DNA of 64,000 nucleotides from Acidobacteriota bacterium (GTDB lineage Bacteria > Acidobacteriota > UBA6911 > RPQK01 > JAJDTT01), in contig OZ242374.1 of assembly GCA_965209055.1 (NCBI GenBank), forward strand, positions 1,984,001 through 2,048,000, read 5' to 3'. Below, piece by piece: positions 7,718-17,951 of the stretch. Each line of letters starts with the position of its first letter. The stretch's first letter is position 1. The position numbers and the translations under genes are program-made. The notes beneath the pieces were generated by a model. It was not told the DNA's origin, searched no databases, and was given only the letters and a program-made list of their open reading frames with translations.

Positions 7718-9667
7718 ATGCTCTGGCGCCGCCGAGTCCCACGCCCCGAACCCCGGCCGGTCCTGGAGACCTTCGTCCGGTGGGTCCTCGGCCAGCTCCG
7801 CAACCGCCGGTCCCCCTGGCAGCAACACCAGCCCTCCAAGGACTGGATCTGGCCCGAGCGCTTCCCTTCCCGCCAGCCCTACGACGGGGTCCAGGGACTG
7901 CACCTTCTCTGCCGGGCCGCCGAGCGGGGATACTTGGACCCCCGCTGGGGCACCCGGGCCCGGATCGAAGCCGCCGGGGGCCGGATTTTCAAGGACCAGA
8001 CGGGCGTCCTCCCCCTCCCGGCCGGGGACCTCGATTCCCCGCCGGCACATGACGGCTCCGAAGAGAGCTCGGCCGCTCTTTTCAACGTCGGGCAGGCCGG
8101 GGACCTGCTCCTCCCGCCGCGCGACGGCTGGCCCCCGCCTTCCTGGGAGGTCCACGAACGGGTCGAGCGCCTGCTCGAAGCCAGCGGCGTCGGCCGCCGC
8201 CACGAACCCGGCGACCGGGCCTACTACGACCTGGGAGAGGACCGGATCGTCCTGCCGCCACCCTCCCAATTCGTCGGCGCCCAGCGCTATTACCAGACCC
8301 TTCTTCACGAACTCGGCCACGGGACCGGCCACCCGGACCGGTTGAACCGACCGGGCCTCGCCGCCGCCCTTCGGGACGGGACCGCCTCGACCGCGGCCGC
8401 CCGCGAGGAGCTCCGGGCCGAGATCGCGGCCCTGATGACCGGCGTCCGGATCGGACTTGGCCACCGGCCCCGCAATGGGGAGTTCTACACCAAGCAATGG
8501 ATCCAGCTCCTGGAGTCCGATCCCCGGGAACTGGTCCGCGCCGCTGCCGACGCTTGGCGCATGAGCGAGACCCTGCTCGCCGGCGCCCGCGAGGTGAAGG
8601 AGCGGACCGCCGAGCCGTCCTCCGGCCGGCCCGGCGTCCGGGAGGCGCCGCGAATCCGGATCCGCCGGGTTGCCCCGGCGCTCGTCTCCCCTCCGCTCCC
8701 CGCTCTGGGACCGGCCCGTCCGGCGCCCGGCGCCGGCGTGCTGGAGCGCTTCGGCTGGCACGGACCCGAGGCCGAGTGGATCGCCCTGGTCTGCCGCCAC
8801 GGCGGCTGGTTCACCCGCGCCCAGTTCTGCGCCCATTTGCGCTGCCGGAGAAACCGCGCCCTGCGCTTCGTCCGCCGCCTCGTCGCACGCCGCCACGGCG
8901 TCGAGGAGGACCTCGACGGCCTGCCCACCACCACCCGGACTTGCCGCATCGCCGCCAAGGCCCTGTACCGGGCGCTGGGCCTGGACCGCGTCCCCCACCC
9001 CGGATCTTCCGGCTGGGTCCGGTTCCGCCGTCTGCTCTCGCTCGATTTCGTCCTGGATCACCCCCAGCGGCGGTGGCTTCCCACCGGGCGGGAGAAGGCC
9101 AGGGCGCTGGAGGCGCTGGGCCTTTCCCGCCTGCTGTTCCCCTGCCGGCACTATGCCGGCCATGCCCAGGGACGGAGCCGGTATTTCCCCCGCAAGCTCC
9201 CCCTGGCCCTGGAGGAGGACCGGGCGACCTTCGTATACGTCGATCCCGGCCGGGACACCGACTCGGAACTGCTCTCGTGGGGGGCGGAGCACGCCCGGCT
9301 CTGGACCGCGCTGCGCGCACAAGACCATCCGGTGCACGTGGTCGCGGTGGCCCGCGACGACCTCCGGCGGGAGCGGGCCGGGAAGGTGCTGCGGCGCTGG
9401 TCCGGTCCGGGTCCCGAGGCCGAGTTCGAGCCCCTGTCCCCGGAGGAGGAGCAGGTCATCCGCATCATCGGGCAGGCCGTACGGACCAACGACCGGGAGC
9501 GCCTCGCCCGCTACGGTGGCTTTTTGAACGCCCTGGACCACCGCCAAGCGTTGCTGGAGCGGGCCACCGCCCCCATCCCCCAAGGCCGCATCCGCATCGA
9601 CCGGGGCCGGACCTGGCTCTCGGTCCGGCTTCCAGCGGAAACCGGGGGAGGGTTGTGGAGCGCCTGA
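7718..9667 (+). CDS. ArdC-like ssDNA-binding/zincin metallopeptidase protein fused to an uncharacterised C-terminal domain
   Basis: PWQQ...PYDGVQ...DPRWGT N-terminal region; RAYYDLGEDRIVLP, YYQTLLHELGHGTGHPDRLNR (HExxH), AREELRAEIAA; ATG 7718 with GAGGTG RBS (the longer ORF start overlaps the tRNA). Confidence 0.75.
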   Translation: MLWRRRVPRPEPRPVLETFVRWVLGQLRNRRSPWQQHQPSKDWIWPERFPSRQPYDGVQGLHLLCRAAERGYLDPRWGTRARIEAAGGRIFKDQTGVLPLPAGDLDSPPAHDGSEESSAALFNVGQAGDLLLPPRDGWPPPSWEVHERVERLLEASGVGRRHEPGDRAYYDLGEDRIVLPPPSQFVGAQRYYQTLLHELGHGTGHPDRLNRPGLAAALRDGTASTAAAREELRAEIAALMTGVRIGLGHRPRNGEFYTKQWIQLLESDPRELVRAAADAWRMSETLLAGAREVKERTAEPSSGRPGVREAPRIRIRRVAPALVSPPLPALGPARPAPGAGVLERFGWHGPEAEWIALVCRHGGWFTRAQFCAHLRCRRNRALRFVRRLVARRHGVEEDLDGLPTTTRTCRIAAKALYRALGLDRVPHPGSSGWVRFRRLLSLDFVLDHPQRRWLPTGREKARALEALGLSRLLFPCRHYAGHAQGRSRYFPRKLPLALEEDRATFVYVDPGRDTDSELLSWGAEHARLWTALRAQDHPVHVVAVARDDLRRERAGKVLRRWSGPGPEAEFEPLSPEEEQVIRIIGQAVRTNDRERLARYGGFLNALDHRQALLERATAPIPQGRIRIDRGRTWLSVRLPAETGGGLWSA

Positions 9668-9933
9668 GGGGCCGCGCGCCCGGTCCCGGGTGGACCCTGT
9701 GGACGTCGTGGACCCACGGGCTGCGAAGAGCACGGAAAGTCCCATTGACGGCAATGTGGCGGACCGCTCCCGGGCCGTGTTCCACCTCCGGGGGGCGTGG
9801 CCGGCGAAGTCCCAGGATGTGAAGCACACATGGGGGGGTGTGTTCCACTCTCGGAGCGGCGAGTGTTACAAGCTCCCTTTCCGCCAACTTGTTGAGCCCC
9901 TTCGGGTTGTCCCCGCCCTTCGGGAGGAGGCGC

Positions 9934-10068
9934 ACCCGGACTGGGAGTCCGGGTAGGAGAAGTGAGCGACCCCCCTGTTTTCGTGCCTCGCACGTCACGC
10001 AAGCGCTGCCGGTGTTCCACTCCGTTGGACACCGGCGCGGCATGCGCGGGGGGGGGTCGCTCACTTCT
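9934..10068. repeat. Nested inverted repeats (candidate origin or structured element)
   Basis: Perfect 18-bp IR AGAAGTGAGCGACCCCCC (9958-9975 / 10051-10068) around inner hairpin 10008-10036; 9-bp IR ACCCGGACT (9934-9954). Confidence 0.75.
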
Positions 10069-10175
10069 ACATTGATCCCTGCGGGAAGGCGCAGTCTCCG
10101 ATAACACGTGGATGTTGTCGACTCCTCCTAACGCAGAAAGGGAAATTTCTTTTTCGGTAAAATGTCAGTTGCCAT

Positions 10176-10497
10176 ATGTTGATAATCAAGGTCCGAGAAT
10201 ATGTGGACCCCGAGGGTCGTAGTTCTTACGCGAGATGGTTCGACGGTCTTGACCGCGATCGGCGGCCACGGCGGCGGCGACTCTGGTTCAGGTGGCGTGA
10301 GGCAACCTCTCCAACGCCAAGAGCATCGGAGATGGAGTCGTCGAATGCTGGGGGATTTCGATCCCGACTACCGGATCAATTCGGAAGAGTTGAGCACGAA
10401 CTGGTCGTCCTGCGCGACGGCGGGATGAGAAGCGCCAGCAAAAGGATATCGAAGTTGCTGAAAATCTTTGGCCGGAGTACAAACGGGGAAACAAATG
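10176..10497 (+). pseudogene. Frameshifted RelE/ParE-like addiction-module toxin
   Basis: VREYVDPEGRSSYARWFDGLD N-terminus; GNLSNAKSIGDGVVEC and DFDPDYRI continue in other frames; lies directly upstream of an antitoxin-like gene. Confidence 0.7.
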
Positions 10498-10510
10498 GAG
10501 CCCTAGAACA

Positions 10511-10828
10511 GTGCCTTGGACACGAGAATTCTGGGAGACGTTCCAGGCGCGGGTCGAACGTGAGCAGGCCTACCGCGAAGCATTACTCATGGAAGGGGTC
10601 GAATTTCTGATTGCCGAGGACATCGACACGGGCAAGGCTGTGTTGCGCGACTACATTAGCGCGATCATCGGTTTTCAGGAGCTTGGCGGACTGACCGACA
10701 AATCGCTGAAGAATCTGATGCGCTTGTTCGGCCCAAGGGTCCACCCCCAAGCCCGCAACCTGTTCGAGATCATTGGCTGGCTTCAGGAGCGGGAGGGACT
10801 ACACCTAAAGGTGCAGGCGGTCTGGTAA
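10511..10828 (+). CDS. HTH antitoxin-like transcriptional regulator (addiction module antidote)
   Basis: TREFWETFQARVERE...DTGKAVLRDYI...GFQELGGLT...PQARNLFEII family pattern; position after the toxin remnant. Confidence 0.75.
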   Translation: MPWTREFWETFQARVEREQAYREALLMEGVEFLIAEDIDTGKAVLRDYISAIIGFQELGGLTDKSLKNLMRLFGPRVHPQARNLFEIIGWLQEREGLHLKVQAVW

Positions 10829-10941
10829 CCGGCACCTAGCCCCAGAGCCTTAAATGCATGATCCTGGAGACGATGATCGCACGAGGATAAGAGCGTCCTA
10901 CGATCACCACCGGCGGACGACGAAGAAGTCGAATCGGAGCG

Positions 10942-13900
10942 ATGAACGCTATTGTTGACAACAGGCAACGTCGTGTCGGCGAGTTTCTCCGGAAACGAAT
11001 CGAGGCGGGGTCGAACCTTTCCATCGTTTCCGCGTATTTCACCATCTACGCCTATGAAGCTCTGCGGGATGTCCTGGAGGCCACCGCCGATACTCGGTTT
11101 CTGTATGGCGAGCCCCGGGGAGTCGGGGCCATGGACCCTGCGGCCGGTCAAGCCAAGGCCTTTCGGCTGACGCAGGACGGCGGTATCGACCTGAAACAGG
11201 TTCTGGCCCAAAAGCCCCTCGCCCGGGCCTGCGCCGCTTGGATCGAAAATCAGGTCAATATCCGAACCGTCAAACAGTCCAATTTCCTGCATGGCAAGCT
11301 CTATCACATCTCGGGAGCGAATGGCGATGACGCCGCCATTGTCGGCAGCTCCAATCTTACTCGGCGTGGACTAGGGTTCGGCACTACTCCTAACATTGAG
11401 CTCAATCTGGAGGTTCGCAACCAAGAAGACCGAAGGCCGCTCATCGATTGGTTCAACCAGTTGTGGAGCGACGAGACTCTCACCCGCGACGCCAAGCCGG
11501 AAGTGCTGGCAGCTCTGGAACGCCTTGGTAGGGTCTACGCACCAGAATTCGTCTACTACAAGACCCTGTTCCATATCTTCGAAGAGGGGCTTGCGGAGCG
11601 CGGAGCGCGTGACGGCCTGCTGCATGATATCCATCTCTATGACACCGAAATCTGGAGAGCTCTATACGAGTTTCAGAAGCACGGAGCCACCAGCGCGGTC
11701 AATCGTTTGTTGCGCCACAACGGCTGCATCGTGGCCGACAGTGTGGGGCTGGGCAAGACTTGGACAGCGCTGGCCGTCATCAAGTTTTTCGAGTTACGCA
11801 ACGAGCGGGTTCTCGTGCTCTGCCCCAAGAAGTTGGAGGACAACTGGGTTCGCTATACGTCCTGGGCGTCCTGGCGCAACAATCCCTTCCAGAAAGATCG
11901 TCTGAACTATACGGTGCTGGCCCACACTGACCTGAGCCGTTACCAAGGTAGGGCGGGAGTGATCGACCTCGCCCAGTTCAACTGGGGCGCATTCGATCTC
12001 GTCGTCATCGACGAATCGCACAACTTCCGCAATGAGGGGGGCGACCGGACGGACGAGTCGGGCAACATCATCCGGCGCAGTCGCTATAACCGATTGTTGG
12101 AGGAAGTCATCAAGGACAGTATCCGGACGAAGGTGCTGATGCTGTCGGCAACACCCGTCAACACCAGTCTGCGCGACCTACGCAATCAGATCTACCTGAT
12201 GACCGAAAAGCAGCAGGATGCCTTCCGGGATTCGCTCGGCATCGGCGACATCCAGACCTTGTTCGGTGTTGCCCAGCGCCAGTTCACGCAGTGGGAGCAG
12301 GAGCGGCGCGCCGGAGGGAAAGCAGATAAGCACAACTTGCTCGAAAAGCTGGGCGCGGATTTTCTGGCGCTGCTGGACGCAGTCACCATTGCCCGATCTC
12401 GCACTCACATCCGCCGCTTCTATCCGGAGGTAAACGAGAGGATCGGCGGTTTTCCGGAACGAGGCAAACCGGAGAACCTGTATCCGCCGACCGACCGGAA
12501 GGGAGTGCTCTCCTATGACGACCTGCACGCTCGGATCGGAAACTTCCGGCTGGCGGTCTACATGCCTTCCCGGTATGTAAAGGACACGTCGGCATTGGAC
12601 GAGGAGAAGGCAAGGCTACGTTTCGATCAGCGCGACCGGGAGCACTGGCTGATCGGAATGATGCGCACCAACCTGCTCAAGCGCCTGGAAAGTTCAGTGC
12701 ATGCCTTCCGGCTGACAATGGCGCGTATGCTGGAAAAGATGGATGAACTGGACCGGCGCATGGAAACGTGGCGAGAAAAAGGGGGAGGTGAAACCATCGA
12801 AGTTCAGCCTGACCAGGATGAAGAAGACGAAGAGTTCACCGTCGGAAAAGGGCATCCATATCGATTCGACGAACTCGATATCGATCAATGGCAGAGCGAC
12901 CTGCGGGAAGACCGGAAAAACTTCCGAGAACTGTATCACCGAACGGAAGCGGTCACGATCGATCGGGACGTCAAGCTAGCCCAACTCCGGACGGTTCTGG
13001 CAGAAAAGATCCAAAATCCGACCACCGACAAGGATGGTCGCCGTAATCGTAAGGCGCTAGTCTTCACCACTTTTGCCGACACCGCCCGCTACCTGTATGA
13101 CGATATCGCCAACTCGCACATCGCGAGGGATCTCGGTGCTCAGGTCGCGCTGGTTACCGGCGGCAATGGAAACAAAAGCACGTTGGAAAGCACGGATTAC
13201 AATGCCATCCTGGAGCAATTCGCCCCCAAAGCACAGCAGAGGAAAGGCACGGGCCAAGAATTAGACATCCTGATCGCGACCGACTGCCTGTCGGAAGGCC
13301 AAAACCTCCAGGACTGCGACTTGGTGGTGAACTACGATATTCACTGGAATCCGGTGCGGCTGATGCAGCGCTTCGGGCGCATCGACCGGCTCGGAAGTCG
13401 GAACTGGCAGGTCGATATGACCAATTTCTGGCCGACAAAAGATCTGGACCGTTATCTGGATCTGAAGAACCGCGTCGAGGCCCGCATGGCCTTGGCGGAC
13501 GCGGCGGCCACGGGTTTCGACGATCTGCTGGACATTGAGTCCCAGTCCGTCGAGGACGGTGAGGGATTGGTCCAAGGGGAATTGGCCTTCCGCGACCAGC
13601 AGTTGAAACGCTTGCGCGACGAGATTCTGGATATCGAGGAGGCGGACGACGGCGTGAGCATGAACGATCTCACGCTCGACGATTTCATCGCCGATCTGCT
13701 GCGCTATATCCAACGGAACCGCGCCGAGCTGGAAGCCGCGCCTTTTGGTATCTATGCCATCGCCCGACTCGACGCCACAACTGCGGTCGAATCAACCCGG
13801 AACACTCGCCCGGCGGGCCGCCCACCCGATCCGATCCGCCCCGGCGCCATTTTCTGCCTGAAGCAGCGCACCGTCTCGGGCGAACGCGCGTCCAACCTCC

Positions 13901-14280
13901 TGCAGCCCTACTACCTCCTTTATGTCCGTGACGACGGGTCCGTGCGTTACACGTTCCGGCAGGCCAGACAGATCCTCACTCTGTTCCAGGCGCTAGCCTC
14001 CGGGCATCCAGAGGCCCGGATGGAGTTGGAAAACGCATTCGATCAGGCCACGGATCATGGCAAACGGATGGAGAAATACGATCGCCTCGTTGACTCTTCC
14101 CTGCGGAACATCGCCGCGACGTTTCGAGCGGCGGAGTTGCGGCAGCTCACCCAATCGCGAGAGGCCAAGCTCACGATCAAACGCAAACGGCCGGTCGCAG
14201 AAGAATTCGAATTGATCACGTGGCTCGTCATCATGGATGGAGAACGAGCAGCCGAAAATGGACCCGATAGCGACTCGTGA
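10942..14280 (+). CDS. PLD-nuclease + SNF2-type helicase (restriction-associated subunit)
   Basis: LHGKLY...GSSNLT PLD motif; ADSVGLGKT, IDESHNFRN, LSATPVN, SEGQNLQ, MQRFGRIDR helicase motifs. Confidence 0.92.
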   Translation: MNAIVDNRQRRVGEFLRKRIEAGSNLSIVSAYFTIYAYEALRDVLEATADTRFLYGEPRGVGAMDPAAGQAKAFRLTQDGGIDLKQVLAQKPLARACAAWIENQVNIRTVKQSNFLHGKLYHISGANGDDAAIVGSSNLTRRGLGFGTTPNIELNLEVRNQEDRRPLIDWFNQLWSDETLTRDAKPEVLAALERLGRVYAPEFVYYKTLFHIFEEGLAERGARDGLLHDIHLYDTEIWRALYEFQKHGATSAVNRLLRHNGCIVADSVGLGKTWTALAVIKFFELRNERVLVLCPKKLEDNWVRYTSWASWRNNPFQKDRLNYTVLAHTDLSRYQGRAGVIDLAQFNWGAFDLVVIDESHNFRNEGGDRTDESGNIIRRSRYNRLLEEVIKDSIRTKVLMLSATPVNTSLRDLRNQIYLMTEKQQDAFRDSLGIGDIQTLFGVAQRQFTQWEQERRAGGKADKHNLLEKLGADFLALLDAVTIARSRTHIRRFYPEVNERIGGFPERGKPENLYPPTDRKGVLSYDDLHARIGNFRLAVYMPSRYVKDTSALDEEKARLRFDQRDREHWLIGMMRTNLLKRLESSVHAFRLTMARMLEKMDELDRRMETWREKGGGETIEVQPDQDEEDEEFTVGKGHPYRFDELDIDQWQSDLREDRKNFRELYHRTEAVTIDRDVKLAQLRTVLAEKIQNPTTDKDGRRNRKALVFTTFADTARYLYDDIANSHIARDLGAQVALVTGGNGNKSTLESTDYNAILEQFAPKAQQRKGTGQELDILIATDCLSEGQNLQDCDLVVNYDIHWNPVRLMQRFGRIDRLGSRNWQVDMTNFWPTKDLDRYLDLKNRVEARMALADAAATGFDDLLDIESQSVEDGEGLVQGELAFRDQQLKRLRDEILDIEEADDGVSMNDLTLDDFIADLLRYIQRNRAELEAAPFGIYAIARLDATTAVESTRNTRPAGRPPDPIRPGAIFCLKQRTVSGERASNLLQPYYLLYVRDDGSVRYTFRQARQILTLFQALASGHPEARMELENAFDQATDHGKRMEKYDRLVDSSLRNIAATFRAAELRQLTQSREAKLTIKRKRPVAEEFELITWLVIMDGERAAENGPDSDS

Positions 14281-17200
14281 AGCTTTGACCGAAGCCCTGT
14301 CCGGTCTCGCCGCCGGGGGACCGTTGCGTGGTGGGGCAATGGCGCTGTTCGAGGTACTTGGATACCGCAGCCGACGGACGCAGGATGTGGGAAGCGTTGA
14401 CGAGTTCCTCGAATGGCTTGAGGCTGAGAAGCCGCTGACCGAACGACAGCGCCGATGGTTCGGTTTCTGGCGCTCAGTCGAGATCATATTTCAGGTCACA
14501 GATGAAGAAATCGACGGTCAAGCGAGTTTGTTCCAGAGCTTCGAGCAAGGACGGAACAAATCGTTCCTGTTCCTGGCTGTGGAGTTGGCCCACGGTTCCT
14601 ACAGCCGCACCTTCTTGGCCGACACGACCCGTGCCGTCAACGGGAGATTGGCGATGCCGGTCATTGTCTTGTTCCGGCACGCTTCGACCCTGACCTTGGC
14701 CGTAATCCATCGCCGCGCCCACAAACGGGACTCGACGCGCGACGTGCTGGAGAAGGTGACGCTGGTCAAGGACATTCGAGTTGATGGAACACACCGGGCA
14801 CATATCGACATTCTCACCGAACTGGCTTTGCCCCGGCTGATCCATGTAGGCGTCCGCAACTTCGACAGGCTTCACGCCGAATGGGAGAAAACGCTCGATA
14901 TCGAGGAACTCAACCGGCGCTTTTACCGCAAACTGTTCGTATGGTTCGATCGCGCGGTGAAACAATGCAGGTTCCCGGACGACGGTGCCGGTCCCGGGAA
15001 TCCGGAACGGCACGTCATCCGGTTGATCACGCGGTGTCTGTTCATCTGGTTCCTGAAGGAAAAAGGTTTAGTGCCCGACGAGTTGTTCGAGGAAAGCTTT
15101 GCCGACTCCAAGCTTAGAAACCATGCTCCTGACCGGACGGATTACTACCGCGCCGTGCTCCAGAACCTGTTCTTCGCCACGCTGAACACCGAGATTGACA
15201 AACGCGTCTTCAGTAGGAAGGCCCACTGCGCCCGGCGCGATTTCAACAAATATCAGTACCACGCCTTGCTGACCGACCCGGAGGGCTTCGTCGCCAAGTT
15301 GAAAACCGTCCCCTTCGTCAATGGCGGTCTGTTCGACTGCCTGGATGATATCGAGAAAAAAAAGGCCGTGGGGCAGCGCGGTGATACCTTTGCCGACTAC
15401 ACGGTCCAGGGCCGGAACCTGCACGTACCGGCGCACCTGTTTTTTCATCCGGATGAAGGACTGTTTCCCCTGTTCCGCCATTACAAGTTCACGGTCGAGG
15501 AAAACACCCCCGTCGATCGGGAAGTCGCCCTCGACCCCGAACTGTTGGGACGAGTCTTCGAGAACCTGCTGGCCGCCTACAATCCGGAGACGCGGGAGAC
15601 GGCGCGCAAGGCCACCGGCTCCTACTACACGCCCCGCCATATCGTGGACTACATGGTCGACGAGGCACTAGTGGCGGCGCTGGCGGAGAACAGCCGACCG
15701 ACGGATGCCGACAGCGAATTCTGGCGAGATCGACTGAATTACCTTCTGGATTATGAGGATGCTTTCGATGATGCTGGAGAATTGTTCGATCCGTACGAAA
15801 CGGAATCCGTGGTCCGGGCCATCGCCGGGCTGCGGGTGCTGGACCCGGCGGCCGGCTCCGGCGCCTTCCCGATGGGAGTGCTCCACAAGCTGACCCTGGC
15901 GCTACGGAGACTCGATCCCGACAATTTGCACTGGGAACGGTTGCAGAAGGAACTGGCCACCGGAAAAGCGGGGGCAGCGTTCGAGGGTAACGAGCACCAG
16001 GAGCGGGATAAGGAGCTGTTGGAGATCAGCCGGATTTTCGAGATCTACCGGGATTCGGACTTCGGGCGCAAGCTCTACCTGATGCAGAATTGCATATACG
16101 GCGTGGACATCCAGCCAGTCGCCTGCCAGATCGCCAAGCTGCGTTTCTTCATCTCCCTTGTGATCGAACAGGATACCAACGAAAACCCGAACGACAATTA
16201 CGGCATCCGACCGCTTCCCAACCTGGAAACCCGGTTAGTGGCGGCGGACACCCTGGTCGGATTGGGCGCCAAGAAACAATCCGTCTTGGGAAGCGATGTC
16301 GTCAAGACGATGGAGGACCAACTCCGCCACGTACGAGAACGCTATTTCAACGCCAGCACAAGACAAACCAAGCTCCGGCTGCGAAATCAGGACAACGCGC
16401 TCCGGGCGGAACTGGCGGGTCTGCTGGAGGAGTTGGATTATGGACATGAGAACGCCGAGGCCGTTGCCAACTGGGACCCCTACGATCAGAACTCGCATGC
16501 CGCCTGGTTCGATCCCGAATGGATGTTCGGCCTATCCGAGGGTTTCGATGTCATGATCGGCAATCCTCCCTACATCCGGGGCGAGAAGATCCCGGACAAG
16601 GCCAGATTGCACCCGGAGTTCGGCGACTTCTACCGGGGGACGGCCGATCTCTACACCTATTTTTTCCGGAAGGGGCTGGATCTCCTGGGAGAAGCCGGAT
16701 TGCTCTGCTTCATCACCTCTAACAAGTTCATGCGTGCGGCCTACGGGACGCCGTTGCGTCGCACATTACTACATGAGGCGCCGCCTCGCCTGATCGTGGA
16801 CTTCGGCGAGCTGCCGGTATTTGAGGCCGGAGTCGACCCGGCAGTCTTCCTGGTAGAGAAAGCCGGTGCGCATAGGAAGCTGAAAGCTGCGGCCATTAAG
16901 ACGAAGGAAGAAATAGGCGACCTGAGAAAAGCGCTCGACCAGCGGGCTTTTTCCATGCCCGTTTCCAGCCTTTCTCCTACCGTCTGGACGTTGGTCCCTC
17001 CCCGCGTCCAGCGCCTGCTGGACAAGATCAAGGCCGGCGGGACACCACTCAGCGATTATCTGAAAGCGGGAATCAATTGGGGTATCAAGACGGGCCTGAA
17101 CAAGGCCTTCGTCATCGACGCGGGTACGCGCGGAGAGTTGATCGCCGAGGATCCAAATAGCGCCGAACTGATCAAGCCCTGGCTGCGCGGCAAGGATGTC

Positions 17201-17860
17201 CGGCGCTGGCGCGTGAATCAGTCAGATTTGTACGTGGTCGCCATTGCCAGCAGCGCCAACACGTCATGGCCTTGGTCTTCCGAAGCAACGGAAGCCGATG
17301 CCGCCAGTATTTTCAAGACGACCTATCCATCCATATACCGCCACCTTTTTCAATTTGAAGACAAACTCCGCAAACGACAAGACAGGGGAAAATTTTTCTG
17401 GGAACTGCGCTCCTGTGCCTATTATCACGCCTTTGAACAACCCAAGATCGTCTATCCGGAGATCGGGCTACGGATGAGGGCGCTGTTCGATCGGAAAGGT
17501 CATCTGACAAACAATAAGTGCTTCATTGTTCCCGGCGGCGGCGCCTACTTGCTTGCCCTCCTAAACTCGAAGCTCCTGGATTTCTATTTTCGCATCTCCA
17601 TGCCTTGCTTAGGCGATCCGTTCAACGGCGGACGCATGGAATTTCGAGGGGTTTTCATGGAGCGTGCACCCGTCGCACCGGCGAAACAGGAAACGAGAGA
17701 GTACCTGTCCCGACTTGCTATGAAAATCCAGACCGCAAAGGAAGCCGACCCCAGCACTGATACGCCATCCCTGGAACGGCAGATTGACGAAATCGTTTAC
17801 GATCTCTACGGCCTCGATGAGAAGGAAATCGCGCTGATCGAAAAGTCCGTGCCGTCATGA
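14237..17860 (+). CDS. Eco57I/type IIG-like N6-adenine DNA methyltransferase with TaqI-C-like target recognition region
   Basis: VNGGLF, GSYYTP, VLDPAAGSGAF (motif I), IGNPPY (motif IV), ITSNKF, GIKTGLNKAF; overlaps the helicase stop. Confidence 0.92.
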   Translation: MENEQPKMDPIATREALTEALSGLAAGGPLRGGAMALFEVLGYRSRRTQDVGSVDEFLEWLEAEKPLTERQRRWFGFWRSVEIIFQVTDEEIDGQASLFQSFEQGRNKSFLFLAVELAHGSYSRTFLADTTRAVNGRLAMPVIVLFRHASTLTLAVIHRRAHKRDSTRDVLEKVTLVKDIRVDGTHRAHIDILTELALPRLIHVGVRNFDRLHAEWEKTLDIEELNRRFYRKLFVWFDRAVKQCRFPDDGAGPGNPERHVIRLITRCLFIWFLKEKGLVPDELFEESFADSKLRNHAPDRTDYYRAVLQNLFFATLNTEIDKRVFSRKAHCARRDFNKYQYHALLTDPEGFVAKLKTVPFVNGGLFDCLDDIEKKKAVGQRGDTFADYTVQGRNLHVPAHLFFHPDEGLFPLFRHYKFTVEENTPVDREVALDPELLGRVFENLLAAYNPETRETARKATGSYYTPRHIVDYMVDEALVAALAENSRPTDADSEFWRDRLNYLLDYEDAFDDAGELFDPYETESVVRAIAGLRVLDPAAGSGAFPMGVLHKLTLALRRLDPDNLHWERLQKELATGKAGAAFEGNEHQERDKELLEISRIFEIYRDSDFGRKLYLMQNCIYGVDIQPVACQIAKLRFFISLVIEQDTNENPNDNYGIRPLPNLETRLVAADTLVGLGAKKQSVLGSDVVKTMEDQLRHVRERYFNASTRQTKLRLRNQDNALRAELAGLLEELDYGHENAEAVANWDPYDQNSHAAWFDPEWMFGLSEGFDVMIGNPPYIRGEKIPDKARLHPEFGDFYRGTADLYTYFFRKGLDLLGEAGLLCFITSNKFMRAAYGTPLRRTLLHEAPPRLIVDFGELPVFEAGVDPAVFLVEKAGAHRKLKAAAIKTKEEIGDLRKALDQRAFSMPVSSLSPTVWTLVPPRVQRLLDKIKAGGTPLSDYLKAGINWGIKTGLNKAFVIDAGTRGELIAEDPNSAELIKPWLRGKDVRRWRVNQSDLYVVAIASSANTSWPWSSEATEADAASIFKTTYPSIYRHLFQFEDKLRKRQDRGKFFWELRSCAYYHAFEQPKIVYPEIGLRMRALFDRKGHLTNNKCFIVPGGGAYLLALLNSKLLDFYFRISMPCLGDPFNGGRMEFRGVFMERAPVAPAKQETREYLSRLAMKIQTAKEADPSTDTPSLERQIDEIVYDLYGLDEKEIALIEKSVPS

Positions 17861-17951
17861 GCTCTGCTGGCACCGAAGGGAGTCTCCTAGATCGTTCGTC
17901 TGTGCCCGAACTGCCGCCACACACGATCTGTGCTAAGATCGCCGATGATCG

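Noticed and set aside
9934-10068. Retron msr-msd or parS site
   Set aside because: No reverse transcriptase in the window; the TGTTCCAC motifs are only half of the 16-bp parS palindrome.
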